Made by a program: the position numbers and the translations under genes
Shown: positions 25,145 through 34,572 of the stretch, piece by piece
Layout: every line of letters begins with the position of its first letter
Numbering within the stretch: the first letter of the stretch is position 1
Notes under the pieces: model-generated
The model's input: only the letters and a program-made list of their open reading frames with translations
Told to the model about the DNA's origin: nothing
The model's database searches: none
Assembly: GCA_963705525.1 (NCBI GenBank)
Contig: CAVPJW010000003.1
Location: 339,976-403,975 of the forward strand
Length of the DNA: 64,000 nucleotides
DNA from: an uncultured Acidobacteriota bacterium
Lineage (GTDB): Bacteria > Acidobacteriota > Vicinamibacteria > Vicinamibacterales > CAVPJW01
Direction of reading: 5' to 3'

Positions 25145-26272
25145 ATGAGACAGCGCTGGTCGATCGGTTGGGGATGGATTCTCGGAGTCGCCACATTGCT
25201 GGGGCTCTTTTCGGCCTTTCAGGCGCACCGGCTCGTCGCGCTCGAAACGGGCAAGCCCGCGTTTCGTCCGGCCCTCCTCCTGTTGAATCTGGTGTATTGG
25301 TACGCGCCTGCCTTGCTGACCCCGATCGTGATCCGCTTTGCGCAGCGCTTCCGCTTCGGCGCGCCCACGTGGAAGCGAACGTTGCTGGCTCATCTCCCGG
25401 CGCTTTGTCTCTTTTCCTTCGTCAGCTCCGCGTTGCTCATCGGGGCGCGCATGCTGCTTTTTCCGGACAAGACCTGGGCGGCATCGATGACGTTCTGGCA
25501 ATTCTGCCAGCATCAGTATTTCATGAATCTCGACTGGTCGATGATGACCTACTGGTCCATCGTCGGTCTCACAAACGGCATCGACTATTACCGGGAGTCG
25601 CGCGAGCGGACCGTGCGTACTGCGCAGCTCGAGACGAAACTCGTCGAGGCGCAGTTCAAGACCCTGCAGGGTCAGCTCCATCCTCATTTTCTGTTCAATA
25701 CCCTCCATGCCGTGTCCGCGCTCCTGCACAAGGATCCGGAAGCGGCCGATCGCATGATCAGCCGCTTGAGCGATCTGCTGCGGCTCACACTCGAACTGAC
25801 CGGCGTGCAGGAGATTTCCCTCAAGCAGGAGCTGGAGTTCCTCGAGAAGTATCTCGAGATCGAGCAGATCCGTTTCCGCGACCGGCTGGCGGTCAAGTTC
25901 GACGTCGACCCCACCGTTCTCGATGCGCACGTGCCCATGCTCATCCTTCAGCCTGTCGTCGAGAACGCGATCAAGCACGGCATCGGGCCGCAGCTGCGCG
26001 GAGGCACCATCGAAATCAGCGCGAGCCGTGAAGGCGACCGGCTGCTGATGCAGATTCATGACACCGGCGGCGGGCTCTCCGAGAGCGCGTTGTCGGCACT
26101 TCAGAAAGGCATCGGGTTGTCGAATACCCGGGCCCGCCTCGAATGTCTGTACGGCCACGACCACCGGTTCGAATTCTCGAACGTGCATGGCGGGCTCACT
26201 GTGCGCGTCGTCATTCCACTCCACACCGATATTCGCCGAACCGAGCCCGGCGAGGCATCGAGAGTCGCATGA
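25145..26272 (+). CDS. sensor histidine kinase, LytS/YehU type
   Basis: N-terminal TM helices, the QLHPHFLFNTLHAVSALL (His_kinase PF06580-type) motif, and a C-terminal HATPase (GIGLSNTRARLECLYG). Confidence 0.85.
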   Translation: MRQRWSIGWGWILGVATLLGLFSAFQAHRLVALETGKPAFRPALLLLNLVYWYAPALLTPIVIRFAQRFRFGAPTWKRTLLAHLPALCLFSFVSSALLIGARMLLFPDKTWAASMTFWQFCQHQYFMNLDWSMMTYWSIVGLTNGIDYYRESRERTVRTAQLETKLVEAQFKTLQGQLHPHFLFNTLHAVSALLHKDPEAADRMISRLSDLLRLTLELTGVQEISLKQELEFLEKYLEIEQIRFRDRLAVKFDVDPTVLDAHVPMLILQPVVENAIKHGIGPQLRGGTIEISASREGDRLLMQIHDTGGGLSESALSALQKGIGLSNTRARLECLYGHDHRFEFSNVHGGLTVRVVIPLHTDIRRTEPGEASRVA

Positions 26273-27039
26273 AGAGAATCCGCGCCCTTATCGCCGACGA
26301 TGAACCGCTTGCACGGGAACGCATTGCGGGCCTCCTTCAGAGCGAGCCCGACATCGAAGTCGTGGGCGAATGCCCAGACGGCACGAAAACCGTCGCGGCC
26401 ATTCAGCAACTGTCGCCGGATGTCGTCTTTCTGGATGTGCAGATGCCCGGCGCGACCGGTTTTGACGTCGTGCAGGCCGTGCGTCCCGATCGCATGCCGA
26501 TCGTCGTGTTCGTGACCGCATACGACAAGTACGCGCTCAAGGCGTTCGACGTGCACGCACTGGACTACCTGCTGAAACCGTTCGACCGCGATCGCTTTCA
26601 GAAGGCCCTTCAGCGTGCGCGGGAGCAGGTGGAGCGGCAGCAGACGGGCGATCTGGGCCGACGCCTGCTCGCGCTCGTCCACGATCTGAAGCCGGCGAAC
26701 CAGCGTCTCGATCGCCTCGTGATCAAGTCCGGAGGACGAGTTTTCTTTCTGCGAACGGATGAAATCGACTGGATCGAGGCGGCCGGCAACTACGTGCGCC
26801 TGCACCTCGGGAACGACTCGCACCTTTTCCGTGAAACGATGACGGCCCTCGAAGGCCGGCTCGACCCGCAGCGGTTCTTTCGCATTCACCGCTCGCGCAT
26901 CGTGAACATCGAGCGCGTGCAGGAGCTGCAGCCCTGGTTCAACGGCGAATACGCCGTGCTGCTCAGAAATGGGACGAAGCTCACGCTCAGCCGTGGTTAT
27001 CGGGAAAAGCTGCAGGAGCGCCTGGGGCGATCGTTCTGA
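26269..27039 (+). CDS. LytTR-family response regulator
   Basis: Receiver domain (IRALIADDEPLARE...VVFLDVQMPGATGFD) plus a LytTR domain (IDWIEAAGNYVRLHL...FFRIHRSRIVN). ATGA overlap with the kinase gene. Confidence 0.9.
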   Translation: MKRIRALIADDEPLARERIAGLLQSEPDIEVVGECPDGTKTVAAIQQLSPDVVFLDVQMPGATGFDVVQAVRPDRMPIVVFVTAYDKYALKAFDVHALDYLLKPFDRDRFQKALQRAREQVERQQTGDLGRRLLALVHDLKPANQRLDRLVIKSGGRVFFLRTDEIDWIEAAGNYVRLHLGNDSHLFRETMTALEGRLDPQRFFRIHRSRIVNIERVQELQPWFNGEYAVLLRNGTKLTLSRGYREKLQERLGRSF

Positions 27040-27380
27040 TGATCGTGGTCGGTGGGTTCAACGTTTTGAAGTGCCTCTTCTGAGAATTCGGATCCGCGTC
27101 GTCTCCGGCCACTGACTGTGCTCGTTGGCTTACACTGCGTAATAAACCTCACCGGCTGTATTTGACACACCTGACTCGCTAAACTGCCCGCGTCTTCTTC
27201 CGGACTTGTCCTCGGTACATGAACTCGTGCTTGGCGCGCCGTTTGCTGAACAATCCGTGCCGCTGGGAGCTACTTTTCACGTGGTTTTAGTGCCGCGCGA
27301 TTCGCAGGGGTAGCTGCCGGCGGCTTTGCCGTCCGACCCGCACTTCGTCACACCGCAACGGACCGCGGCACCCACTCGCA

Positions 27381-27412
27381 ATTCGCAGGAATGGTCGGAA
27401 ATCAGGTATAAG
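27381..27412 (+). promoter_or_regulatory. -10-like TATAAG 6 nt upstream of ATG 27419, with an ATTCGCAGG repeat over the -35 region (leaderless candidate)
   Basis: TATAAG at 27407..27412. ATTCGCAGG at 27381..27389, which repeats 27300..27308. No Shine-Dalgarno. Confidence 0.35.
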
Positions 27413-27418
27413 CCTGCC

Positions 27419-28741
27419 ATGCGCGTCCACGCTTCCTGGTCCCGAACCATTGCCGCTCTATTCATGCTCTTGGTCGCGAGCGCTCCGTCTGCGCGAAATC
27501 GAGCCCAGAACAATGACACGACGCTGGCGGTGACCTGCGGTCGCCTGATTGACCCCGAGTCCGGCGCGGTTCAGACGAACACCACACTGCTGATGGTGGA
27601 TGGGAGGGTGAAGAGCATCGGACCGGACCCGGTTTCGTCTGCAACATCGAGACTCGACCTGTCGGGTTACACCTGCCTGCCGGGTCTGATCGACATGCAC
27701 ACGCATCTGTCGGACTCGTTTGCAAATTCGAAGGGACTGCGCGCGTACCTGACGCGCTCGCTCGACGAGGCCCGTGAGCTCGGCATCGAGCACGCGGCCG
27801 CCACCCTCATGGCCGGCTTCACGAGCGTGAGAGATCTCGGAACCTATATCGCCTGGAGCGATCGGACGCTGCGCGATCTCATCAACCGTGGCGACACGAT
27901 CGGCCCGCGCATGCAGGTGTGCGGCTACTACCTGACGATTCGGGGCGGCGGCGGCGACCTGATGATCCCCGGCGTTCCGGAGAACGACATTCCGCCGCGC
28001 GCACGCATGGGTGTTGGACGGGGCGCCGACGATTTTCGGGCACGCGCGCAGGCCGCCATCGATGGCGGCGCCGATGTGCTGAAGGTGATCGCGTCGGGCG
28101 CCGTGCTCGCATACGGCGGCGTACCGGGCGAGCCCGAACTGACACCGGTTGAAATCGCCGCCGTGGCCGACGTGGCTCATCGAGCTGGCAAGCGGCTCGC
28201 CGCGCACGCGCACGGTGCCCGCTCGATCAAGGAAGCCATCCTCGCGGGCGCCGATACCATCGAACATGCTTCGTATCTCGACGATGAGGGCATTCGGCTG
28301 GCGAAAGAGCATGGCGTGGCGCTGACAATGGATGTGTATAACGGGGACTATATCGATTCGGAATTTCGGCGTCAGGGAGCCGCGCAGGAATTTCTCGACA
28401 AGAATCTCCAGACCACCGAGGTTCAGCGTGTTGCCTTCACCAAGGCCTATCGCGCGGGTGTGGCACTGGTGTTCGGCACCGACGCCGCCGTCTACCCGCA
28501 CGGCCAGAACGCCCTCCAGTTCCGCATCATGGTCGAGCGGGGTATGTCGCCCATCGACGCGATTCGATCGGCCACGAATGTTGCCGCCCACTACATGGGA
28601 TGGTCGGATCAGGTCGGCAGTCTCGCCCCGGGTCACTGGGCCGATCTCATCGCGGTGCGGGGCGACCCGCTGAGCGACATTACCCTCCTCCAGGATGTAA
28701 AGGCCGTCGTCAAGGGCGGTCACATCATCAAGCGACCTTAG
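27419..28741 (+). CDS. amidohydrolase family protein (amidohydrolase_1, imidazolonepropionase / Xaa-Pro-dipeptidase-like), secreted
   Basis: LPGLIDMHTHL, AAHAHG, IEHASYLD and FGTDA. Signal MRVHASWSRTIAALFMLLVASAPSA. Confidence 0.85.
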   Translation: MRVHASWSRTIAALFMLLVASAPSARNRAQNNDTTLAVTCGRLIDPESGAVQTNTTLLMVDGRVKSIGPDPVSSATSRLDLSGYTCLPGLIDMHTHLSDSFANSKGLRAYLTRSLDEARELGIEHAAATLMAGFTSVRDLGTYIAWSDRTLRDLINRGDTIGPRMQVCGYYLTIRGGGGDLMIPGVPENDIPPRARMGVGRGADDFRARAQAAIDGGADVLKVIASGAVLAYGGVPGEPELTPVEIAAVADVAHRAGKRLAAHAHGARSIKEAILAGADTIEHASYLDDEGIRLAKEHGVALTMDVYNGDYIDSEFRRQGAAQEFLDKNLQTTEVQRVAFTKAYRAGVALVFGTDAAVYPHGQNALQFRIMVERGMSPIDAIRSATNVAAHYMGWSDQVGSLAPGHWADLIAVRGDPLSDITLLQDVKAVVKGGHIIKRP

Positions 28742-28746
28742 ATCGC

Positions 28747-29574
28747 TCAAGGCGAGGCGTGAGGGCGATCCGGCTCGCGTCCGCTCTTCATGATCCACCA
28801 GACGGCAATCGCGAAGGCCATCGCGACGGCAATTCCGGTGAGGCCAAAGAGCCAGAGCGTGCGATAGAGGATTGATTGTGTTTCGGGGTGGGCCTCCATT
28901 GTGAGAGGCGTCCCAGTAAGACGATCCTTCAGCGACTGCTCCCAGACCAGGATGTTGCCGCGCCGAAGGTTGCCGGGCGGCGCGTTGTGAAACCGGATCT
29001 TGCTCGGCAGATGAAACCGGAACGCGACGAGCTCATCTCCAGTCCACCCGAAGTCGCCCATCGAACGGTTCGCCGACGCGCCCACGCGTTGCCTGAAGAC
29101 ATAGACGTCGCCGCGGCGCTCCAGCTCGTACGCCGACCACGCAAACGGCGCCGATCTCGACAGCTGCCTGATGTTGTCGGTCTCCAGCCTGAGGTGCACG
29201 AATCGCCGTCCGTCGCGCCGGGATGAGCTGACGCGCACCACCCGAACGCCCGGCGCCTCATACAGCGCTCTGATGCGGCCGCGGTCGAGACGCGCGCGCG
29301 GGTTGACATCGAGATCGAGGCCTCGCAACGCGACCAGCGCCGCGACGGATGCGTTGACGTACACCGTCGCCGATCCATCGAGCGCAAGGTATATTTCCTC
29401 GTCGTACTCGTAGCGCGTGATCAGGCGGCCGCCGCGGCAGGCCGTCGAGGCGATGATGAGGGCCGAAACAGCGAGCACTGCAGCGACTCGACGCGCCGTC
29501 CGCGACACGACGGGAATGTTATACTGAACCCTGCTGCACGCCGCAGCCGGGTTTTCGACGGGCTGCACACGCAT
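28747..29574 (-). CDS. hypothetical lipoprotein with a C-terminal TM helix
   Basis: Lipobox-like LIIASTAC and C-terminal LWLFGLTGIAVAMAFAIAVWWI. No recognised domain. The start is uncertain because the track start at 29613 would overlap polA. Confidence 0.5.
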   Translation of the reverse strand: MRVQPVENPAAACSRVQYNIPVVSRTARRVAAVLAVSALIIASTACRGGRLITRYEYDEEIYLALDGSATVYVNASVAALVALRGLDLDVNPRARLDRGRIRALYEAPGVRVVRVSSSRRDGRRFVHLRLETDNIRQLSRSAPFAWSAYELERRGDVYVFRQRVGASANRSMGDFGWTGDELVAFRFHLPSKIRFHNAPPGNLRRGNILVWEQSLKDRLTGTPLTMEAHPETQSILYRTLWLFGLTGIAVAMAFAIAVWWIMKSGREPDRPHASP

Positions 29575-29603
29575 CGACGTTCGCCCCGCCACGATTCTGA
29601 CCA

Positions 29604-32294
29604 ATGGCTCCACGGAAGACGCTCTTCCTGATCGACGGCAGCTCTCAGATGTACCGCGCGTATCACGCCATCCGTGGGTTGACGGGACCGGACGGCCGCT
29701 CGACGAACGCCGTGTACGGCTTCGTCACAATGCTTCGTAAACTGATCACCGATCACAGGCCCGAGTTCATCGCGGCCGCTTTCGACCTGCCCGGGCCGAC
29801 GTTCAGATCCGAGCTCGCAGCCACCTACAAGGCAAATCGGGCGCCCATGCCGCCTGACCTGGCCGAACAGATCCCGTGGGTCCATGAGGCATGCCGGGCG
29901 CTCGGCGTTCCGATGCTCACCTTCGCGGGCTTCGAGGCCGACGATGTGATTGGCACCATTGCCGAGCGCGCCTCACGCGAAGGCTTCGACGTGGCGATCG
30001 TCACGGGAGACAAGGATTTCTTTCAGCTCGTTCGCGACGGCATTCGCGTCTTCAATCCTCGCGACGAAGGCACCTGGTACGACGCCATCGGCGTGAAGGA
30101 CAAGTTCGGGGTGGCACCGGAACAGGTCGTCGATGTCCTGGCGCTCATGGGCGACACCATCGACAACGTCAAAGGGGTGCCCGGAATTGGCGAGAAGGGC
30201 GCCCGCGATCTCATCGCTACGTTCGGGTCGCTCGATGCGCTGCTGGCCCAGGCCTCGTCTGTTCCCCAGAAGAAGTACCGCGAAGCGCTGCTGGCCAATG
30301 CGGACCAGGCGCTCCAAAGCCGGGAATTGCTCCGCATTCGAACCGATGTCCCGGTCGAGTTCACCGTGGAATCGGCACGGCACGGCGGTGCGTCGCGCGA
30401 GCGCGCGTTCGACCTCTTCAGCATGCTCGGCTTCAGGTCGCTCGTCACTGAATACGCGCCAACCGCAAGCACAACTGCCCGTGACTATCGGCTCGTGTCG
30501 TCGCTCGAGGATCTCGGCTCGCTCGCCGGACACTTGAAGCGAGCGGGCCGATTCGCCTTTCACGTGCTGGCCGACGATTCGTCGGTGATGCGCGGGCAGG
30601 TGATCGGTTTCGCGTTCGCGGACGCGGCGCGAGCCGCGTGGTATGTGCCGATCAGCCATGGAGGGCTCGAGTGGGGAGACCGGCTTGACCGCGAGGCGTC
30701 CCTCCACGCGCTCGGCCCCCTCTTCGAAGACGCCAGCGTGAAGAAGGTGGGCCACGATCTGAAGGCCGCCACCATCCTTCTTTTGCGGCACGGCATCAAG
30801 CTGGCGGGGCTGGACATCGACACCATGGTCGCGAGCTACCTGCTCGATGCCAACCGTTCCGGTCACGTGCTCGAAGACCTGGCGCTCGAGCATCTGTCCT
30901 ACAAGGCGACGACCGAGGAGGACCTGTGCGGCAAGGGAGGACGAGCGCTCCGGCTCTCCGATCTGCCCATCGCGGCAACGCTCGACTATGCGGGCGAGCG
31001 GGCGGACCTGGCGCTGCAGCTCGCCGAACGGCTCGGACCGCGGCTCGTCGCCGATGACCTCGACAAGCTGTATCGGGAGCTCGAGCTGCCGCTTGTGCCC
31101 GTTCTCGTGGACGTCGAGATGGCCGGCATTCGGCTCGACGCCGCGGTCCTCGCCGCCCAGTCGCAGCACATCGAGCGCGAGCTGGCTGCGCGGAGCAAGC
31201 GGATCTTCGAGGCGGCCGGAGAGGAATTCAACATCAGCTCGCCGAAGCAACTCTCCGAGGTGCTCTTCGAGAAACTGAAACTGCCGGCGCTCAAGCGAAC
31301 GGGCAAGACGCGGACGGCATCAACGGCCGTCGAGGTGCTGGAAGAACTCGCGCTCGTTCATGAGCTGCCCCGTCAGATCCTCGAGTGGCGCGCCCTCCAG
31401 AAGCTGAAGGGGACGTACATCGATGCGCTGCCCGAGCTGATCGATCCGCGCACCGGGCGCGTGCACACGTCGTTCAATCAGACGGTGGCGGCAACCGGCC
31501 GGCTCAGCAGCAGCGACCCGAACCTGCAGAACATCCCGATCCGAACCGAGCTCGGCCGGGAGATTCGACGGGCCTTCGTGGCCGATCCCGGCAATGTGCT
31601 CATCTCGGCCGACTACTCGCAGATCGAGCTCCGGGTGCTGGCGCACCTGGCCGAGGACGAAACGCTCATCGAGGCCTTCCGGCGCGGCGACGACATCCAC
31701 GACCAGACCGCGCTGAAGATTTTCGGTGCGTCGAGCGGCCTCGATCCTCACGAGCTCAGGCGCCGCGCCAAGATTGTCAACTACGCGCTGCTCTACGGCA
31801 AGACGGCGTTCACGCTGGCGAAGGACATCGGCGTGACACAGCAGGCCGCGCAGGAGTTCATCGGCGCCTACTTCGCCGGATTCCCGAGAGTGCGCGCGTT
31901 CATCGACCAGACACTCGAAGGCGCGCGCGCGACGGGCGTCGTGAAGACCATGTTCGGCCGTCGCCGGATGGTCCCGGAAATCACCAGCCGCAACGGTCAG
32001 ATCCGATCGGCGGCCGAACGCGTCGCCGTCAACATGCCGATTCAGGGAACGGCCGCCGACATCCTGAAGCGCGCGATGATCGACGTGCACAGCGCGCTCC
32101 AGCGCTCGTCCGCGCTCGCCGGGGCGCGCATGATCCTCACCGTGCACGACGAACTGCTGTTCGAAGCCCCGCGTGCCATCGCGCCTGACGTCGCGAGACT
32201 CGTGCAGGATCGCATGGAGCACGCGGTCGCGCTCGACGTGCCGTTGACGGTGGATGTGGGAACGGGAGAAAACTGGAAAGAAGCCAAGAACTGA
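29604..32294 (+). CDS. polA: DNA polymerase I
   Basis: 5'-nuclease N-terminus (LIDGSSQMYRAYHA, TGDKDFFQL) and pol A motifs (DYSQIELRVLAH, RRRAKIVNYALLYG, QGTAADI, VHDELLFE). Confidence 0.95.
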   Translation: MAPRKTLFLIDGSSQMYRAYHAIRGLTGPDGRSTNAVYGFVTMLRKLITDHRPEFIAAAFDLPGPTFRSELAATYKANRAPMPPDLAEQIPWVHEACRALGVPMLTFAGFEADDVIGTIAERASREGFDVAIVTGDKDFFQLVRDGIRVFNPRDEGTWYDAIGVKDKFGVAPEQVVDVLALMGDTIDNVKGVPGIGEKGARDLIATFGSLDALLAQASSVPQKKYREALLANADQALQSRELLRIRTDVPVEFTVESARHGGASRERAFDLFSMLGFRSLVTEYAPTASTTARDYRLVSSLEDLGSLAGHLKRAGRFAFHVLADDSSVMRGQVIGFAFADAARAAWYVPISHGGLEWGDRLDREASLHALGPLFEDASVKKVGHDLKAATILLLRHGIKLAGLDIDTMVASYLLDANRSGHVLEDLALEHLSYKATTEEDLCGKGGRALRLSDLPIAATLDYAGERADLALQLAERLGPRLVADDLDKLYRELELPLVPVLVDVEMAGIRLDAAVLAAQSQHIERELAARSKRIFEAAGEEFNISSPKQLSEVLFEKLKLPALKRTGKTRTASTAVEVLEELALVHELPRQILEWRALQKLKGTYIDALPELIDPRTGRVHTSFNQTVAATGRLSSSDPNLQNIPIRTELGREIRRAFVADPGNVLISADYSQIELRVLAHLAEDETLIEAFRRGDDIHDQTALKIFGASSGLDPHELRRRAKIVNYALLYGKTAFTLAKDIGVTQQAAQEFIGAYFAGFPRVRAFIDQTLEGARATGVVKTMFGRRRMVPEITSRNGQIRSAAERVAVNMPIQGTAADILKRAMIDVHSALQRSSALAGARMILTVHDELLFEAPRAIAPDVARLVQDRMEHAVALDVPLTVDVGTGENWKEAKN

Positions 32295-32301
32295 CGATGC
32301 G

Positions 32302-32380
32302 GTTCTTAGTTCTTAGTGCTTAGTGCTTAGCAGGACGTGGACAGCGTAAGCCTAAGCACTAAGAACCACGAACTAAGAAC
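32302..32380. repeat. long imperfect hairpin built from heptamer repeats between the convergent genes polA and 32389..33204 (bidirectional-terminator / REP-like element)
   Basis: The left arm is GTTCTTA GTTCTTA GTGCTTA GTGCTTA G (32302..32330). The right arm is CCTAAGCACTAAGAACCACGAACTAAGAAC (32351..32380). An outer 11-bp stem and an inner 12-bp stem are readable by eye. Confidence 0.7.
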
Positions 32381-32388
32381 TACATGCG

Positions 32389-33204
32389 TCAGTTCCTAGT
32401 CCATTGCTGCTTGAACGACTCCCACTCGGCGCGCATGGTCGCCGTCATCTGATCGGCGTCGCGATTGGCCTCGCGGCTGGGGTTGAGCTCGCGAACGCGC
32501 TCGGGAATGATGGCCTGCTGAACCAGCCGGTCGAGATCTGAACGAAGGGTCTCTCCCTGCTCGCCGGACACGGCGGCGCGTACCCACCCGGCTGTCGCGG
32601 CTTCCCAGGCGCGGCCGAACTCTCCCGTACCGCGAAGGCCGACGACCAGCCAGTAGGACGCCGTCACCGACGTCGGGTCGTGTCGCAATTCTTCTTCCAT
32701 GCGGTCCACGAGCCGCCGGTAAACGGCCGGACGCTCGGCCAGGGTGCTCGTCTGCGCCTGGCGATCCAGCGCGTTGGCCCACCAGTCGAGGATGCCGTCG
32801 CCGGCCGTCGACGGCAGCAGCGACGCGCGACTGAGGACGCTTTCGAACATCTCGGCGGCCGCACCGAACCGATCGTCGAGATACAGCGATTCTCCAAGGC
32901 CGATCATCAGCTGGACTCGATCGGCGGGCTCGAGCATCGCCTGACGCACCTGGAGCAGCGCCTCGCGCGCCGAGGCGAGCGCCGAGGAGTCGGCGTCATG
33001 CCGGTACCGTTCGAGATGCGAACGCGCGACCACGAGGAGCGCTGCATCCGCGAGGTCGGTGCTCTTGCGCGCCGTCTCCGCGGCCGCGATCGCTGCATCG
33101 TATCGTTCCTGGTTGTACAGCTCGCGCGCGCGCGCGAGAGACTCACGTTCGCCCGGAGTCGCGACGAGCGTCGCCGCAAGGATCAACCCGAGAGCTGCAA
33201 CCAT
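32389..33204 (-). CDS. hypothetical secreted helical-repeat (TPR-like) protein
   Basis: Signal MVAALGLILAATLVATP. Ala/Leu/Arg-rich helical sequence (ARELYNQERYDAAIAAAETA). No catalytic motif. Confidence 0.5.
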   Translation of the reverse strand: MVAALGLILAATLVATPGERESLARARELYNQERYDAAIAAAETARKSTDLADAALLVVARSHLERYRHDADSSALASAREALLQVRQAMLEPADRVQLMIGLGESLYLDDRFGAAAEMFESVLSRASLLPSTAGDGILDWWANALDRQAQTSTLAERPAVYRRLVDRMEEELRHDPTSVTASYWLVVGLRGTGEFGRAWEAATAGWVRAAVSGEQGETLRSDLDRLVQQAIIPERVRELNPSREANRDADQMTATMRAEWESFKQQWTRN

Positions 33205-33297
33205 CGACAGGATGCTACCACAGCCGACGGATCACCCTAAAGATCTGCAATGACGAGGTTTGGAAGGCCTTTCGGCCATTTGCTACAATCAGCCGCC

Positions 33298-34572
33298 ATG
33301 TCCGGCCTGGTCATTCTCCCGCGCGAACAACACTCGATCTCGCGACGCGACATCGATCCAGACGCACTCAAGGTGCTCTATCGCCTGAGACAGTTCAACC
33401 ACGTCGCCTATCTCGTCGGGGGAAGCGTTCGCGATCTCCTGCTCGGACGAAAGCCCAAGGACTTCGACATCGGCACCTCGGCGCATCCGTACGAGGTGAA
33501 ACGACTCTTCCGCAACTGCTGGATCATCGGAAGGCGTTTTCGCCTGGCCCACGTTCGCTTCGGGACGAAGGCCATCGAGGTCGCGACGTTCCGGAAACCG
33601 GTGCCCGCAACGGAACCGGACTCCGCGCCGCCGCCAGACGAGGCCAGCCACGCCCGGACCGACGACATCGATCGGCTCGTCCATCGCGACAACACGTTTG
33701 GCACGCCAGAGGAAGATGCCTTTCGGCGGGACTTCACGATCAACGGCTTGTTCTACGACATCGCGACGTTTTCCGTCATCGACTTCATCGGCGGGCTGGA
33801 CGATCTGAAGGCGGGGCTGGTGCGCTCGATCGGCGATCCGAACGAACGGTTCCGCGAGGATCCGGTGCGCATGTTGCGAGCGATTGCGCTGGCCGCGCGA
33901 CTGGACTTTCAGATGGCGCCATCGATCGTCGAGGCCATCGCGCGCCATCGCGAAGAGATCGCGCGAAGCGCGGCCCCCCGTCTCCTCGAAGAGCTCTACA
34001 AGATCCTTCGCAACGGCGCCTCGGAAGCGACATTCCGCGGGCTGGCGGAACATCGGCTGCTCGAGGTGATCGCGCCGGAACTGCAGGCGCGCTCAGGCGC
34101 CGCACTCTGGCGATCGCTTGGGGCGCTCGATCGCTATCGCCTTGGTTTTCCGGCCATTCCCGACACGCTGACGAACGCGGTGCTGCTCGGCAGCCTGATC
34201 GTGCCGACGGGACTCGAAGGCCACCGGATGGCCCAGGCGCAGTCCGGGGATCGGGAAGGTCCGCACACGGCGCTCGGCCGATTGACGCTCGCGCGCCGCG
34301 ACGTCGAGCGCCTGACGCAGATGCGGGCGCTCGAGCGGCGGCTGGTCGACACCAGTCTCCCCGCGCGCGCGCGCCGCGGCCTCACCCACCGCAGCTCGTT
34401 CCAGGAGGCGCTCACCTGGCTTGAGATCCACGGAAATGCGCCGGACGCGGTTCAGGAGTGGAAGACGTTCCTCAGTGTGGCGGGCACCGTTCCCGTCGCC
34501 GCGGATAAACCTCAGCGCCGCTATCGTCGGCGACGGAGGGGACGACGACGGACGGGCGCTTCAGGAGTGTGA
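33298..34572 (+). CDS. pcnB: poly(A) polymerase I
   Basis: AYLVGGSVRDLLLGRKPKDFDIGT and FRNCWIIGRRFRLAHVRFG (PcnB-type), with an Arg-rich tail. I prefer the ATG at 33298; the track start at 33250 is also possible. Confidence 0.8.
   Translation: MSGLVILPREQHSISRRDIDPDALKVLYRLRQFNHVAYLVGGSVRDLLLGRKPKDFDIGTSAHPYEVKRLFRNCWIIGRRFRLAHVRFGTKAIEVATFRKPVPATEPDSAPPPDEASHARTDDIDRLVHRDNTFGTPEEDAFRRDFTINGLFYDIATFSVIDFIGGLDDLKAGLVRSIGDPNERFREDPVRMLRAIALAARLDFQMAPSIVEAIARHREEIARSAAPRLLEELYKILRNGASEATFRGLAEHRLLEVIAPELQARSGAALWRSLGALDRYRLGFPAIPDTLTNAVLLGSLIVPTGLEGHRMAQAQSGDREGPHTALGRLTLARRDVERLTQMRALERRLVDTSLPARARRGLTHRSSFQEALTWLEIHGNAPDAVQEWKTFLSVAGTVPVAADKPQRRYRRRRRGRRRTGASGV

Noticed and set aside
27083-27094. 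Adjacent EcoRI and BamHI sites (GAATTCGGATCC), reminiscent of a cloning polylinker.
   Set aside because: It is only 12 nt with no flanking vector-like sequence. Another GAATTC sits in the asd leader palindrome. Chance occurrence is the simplest reading.
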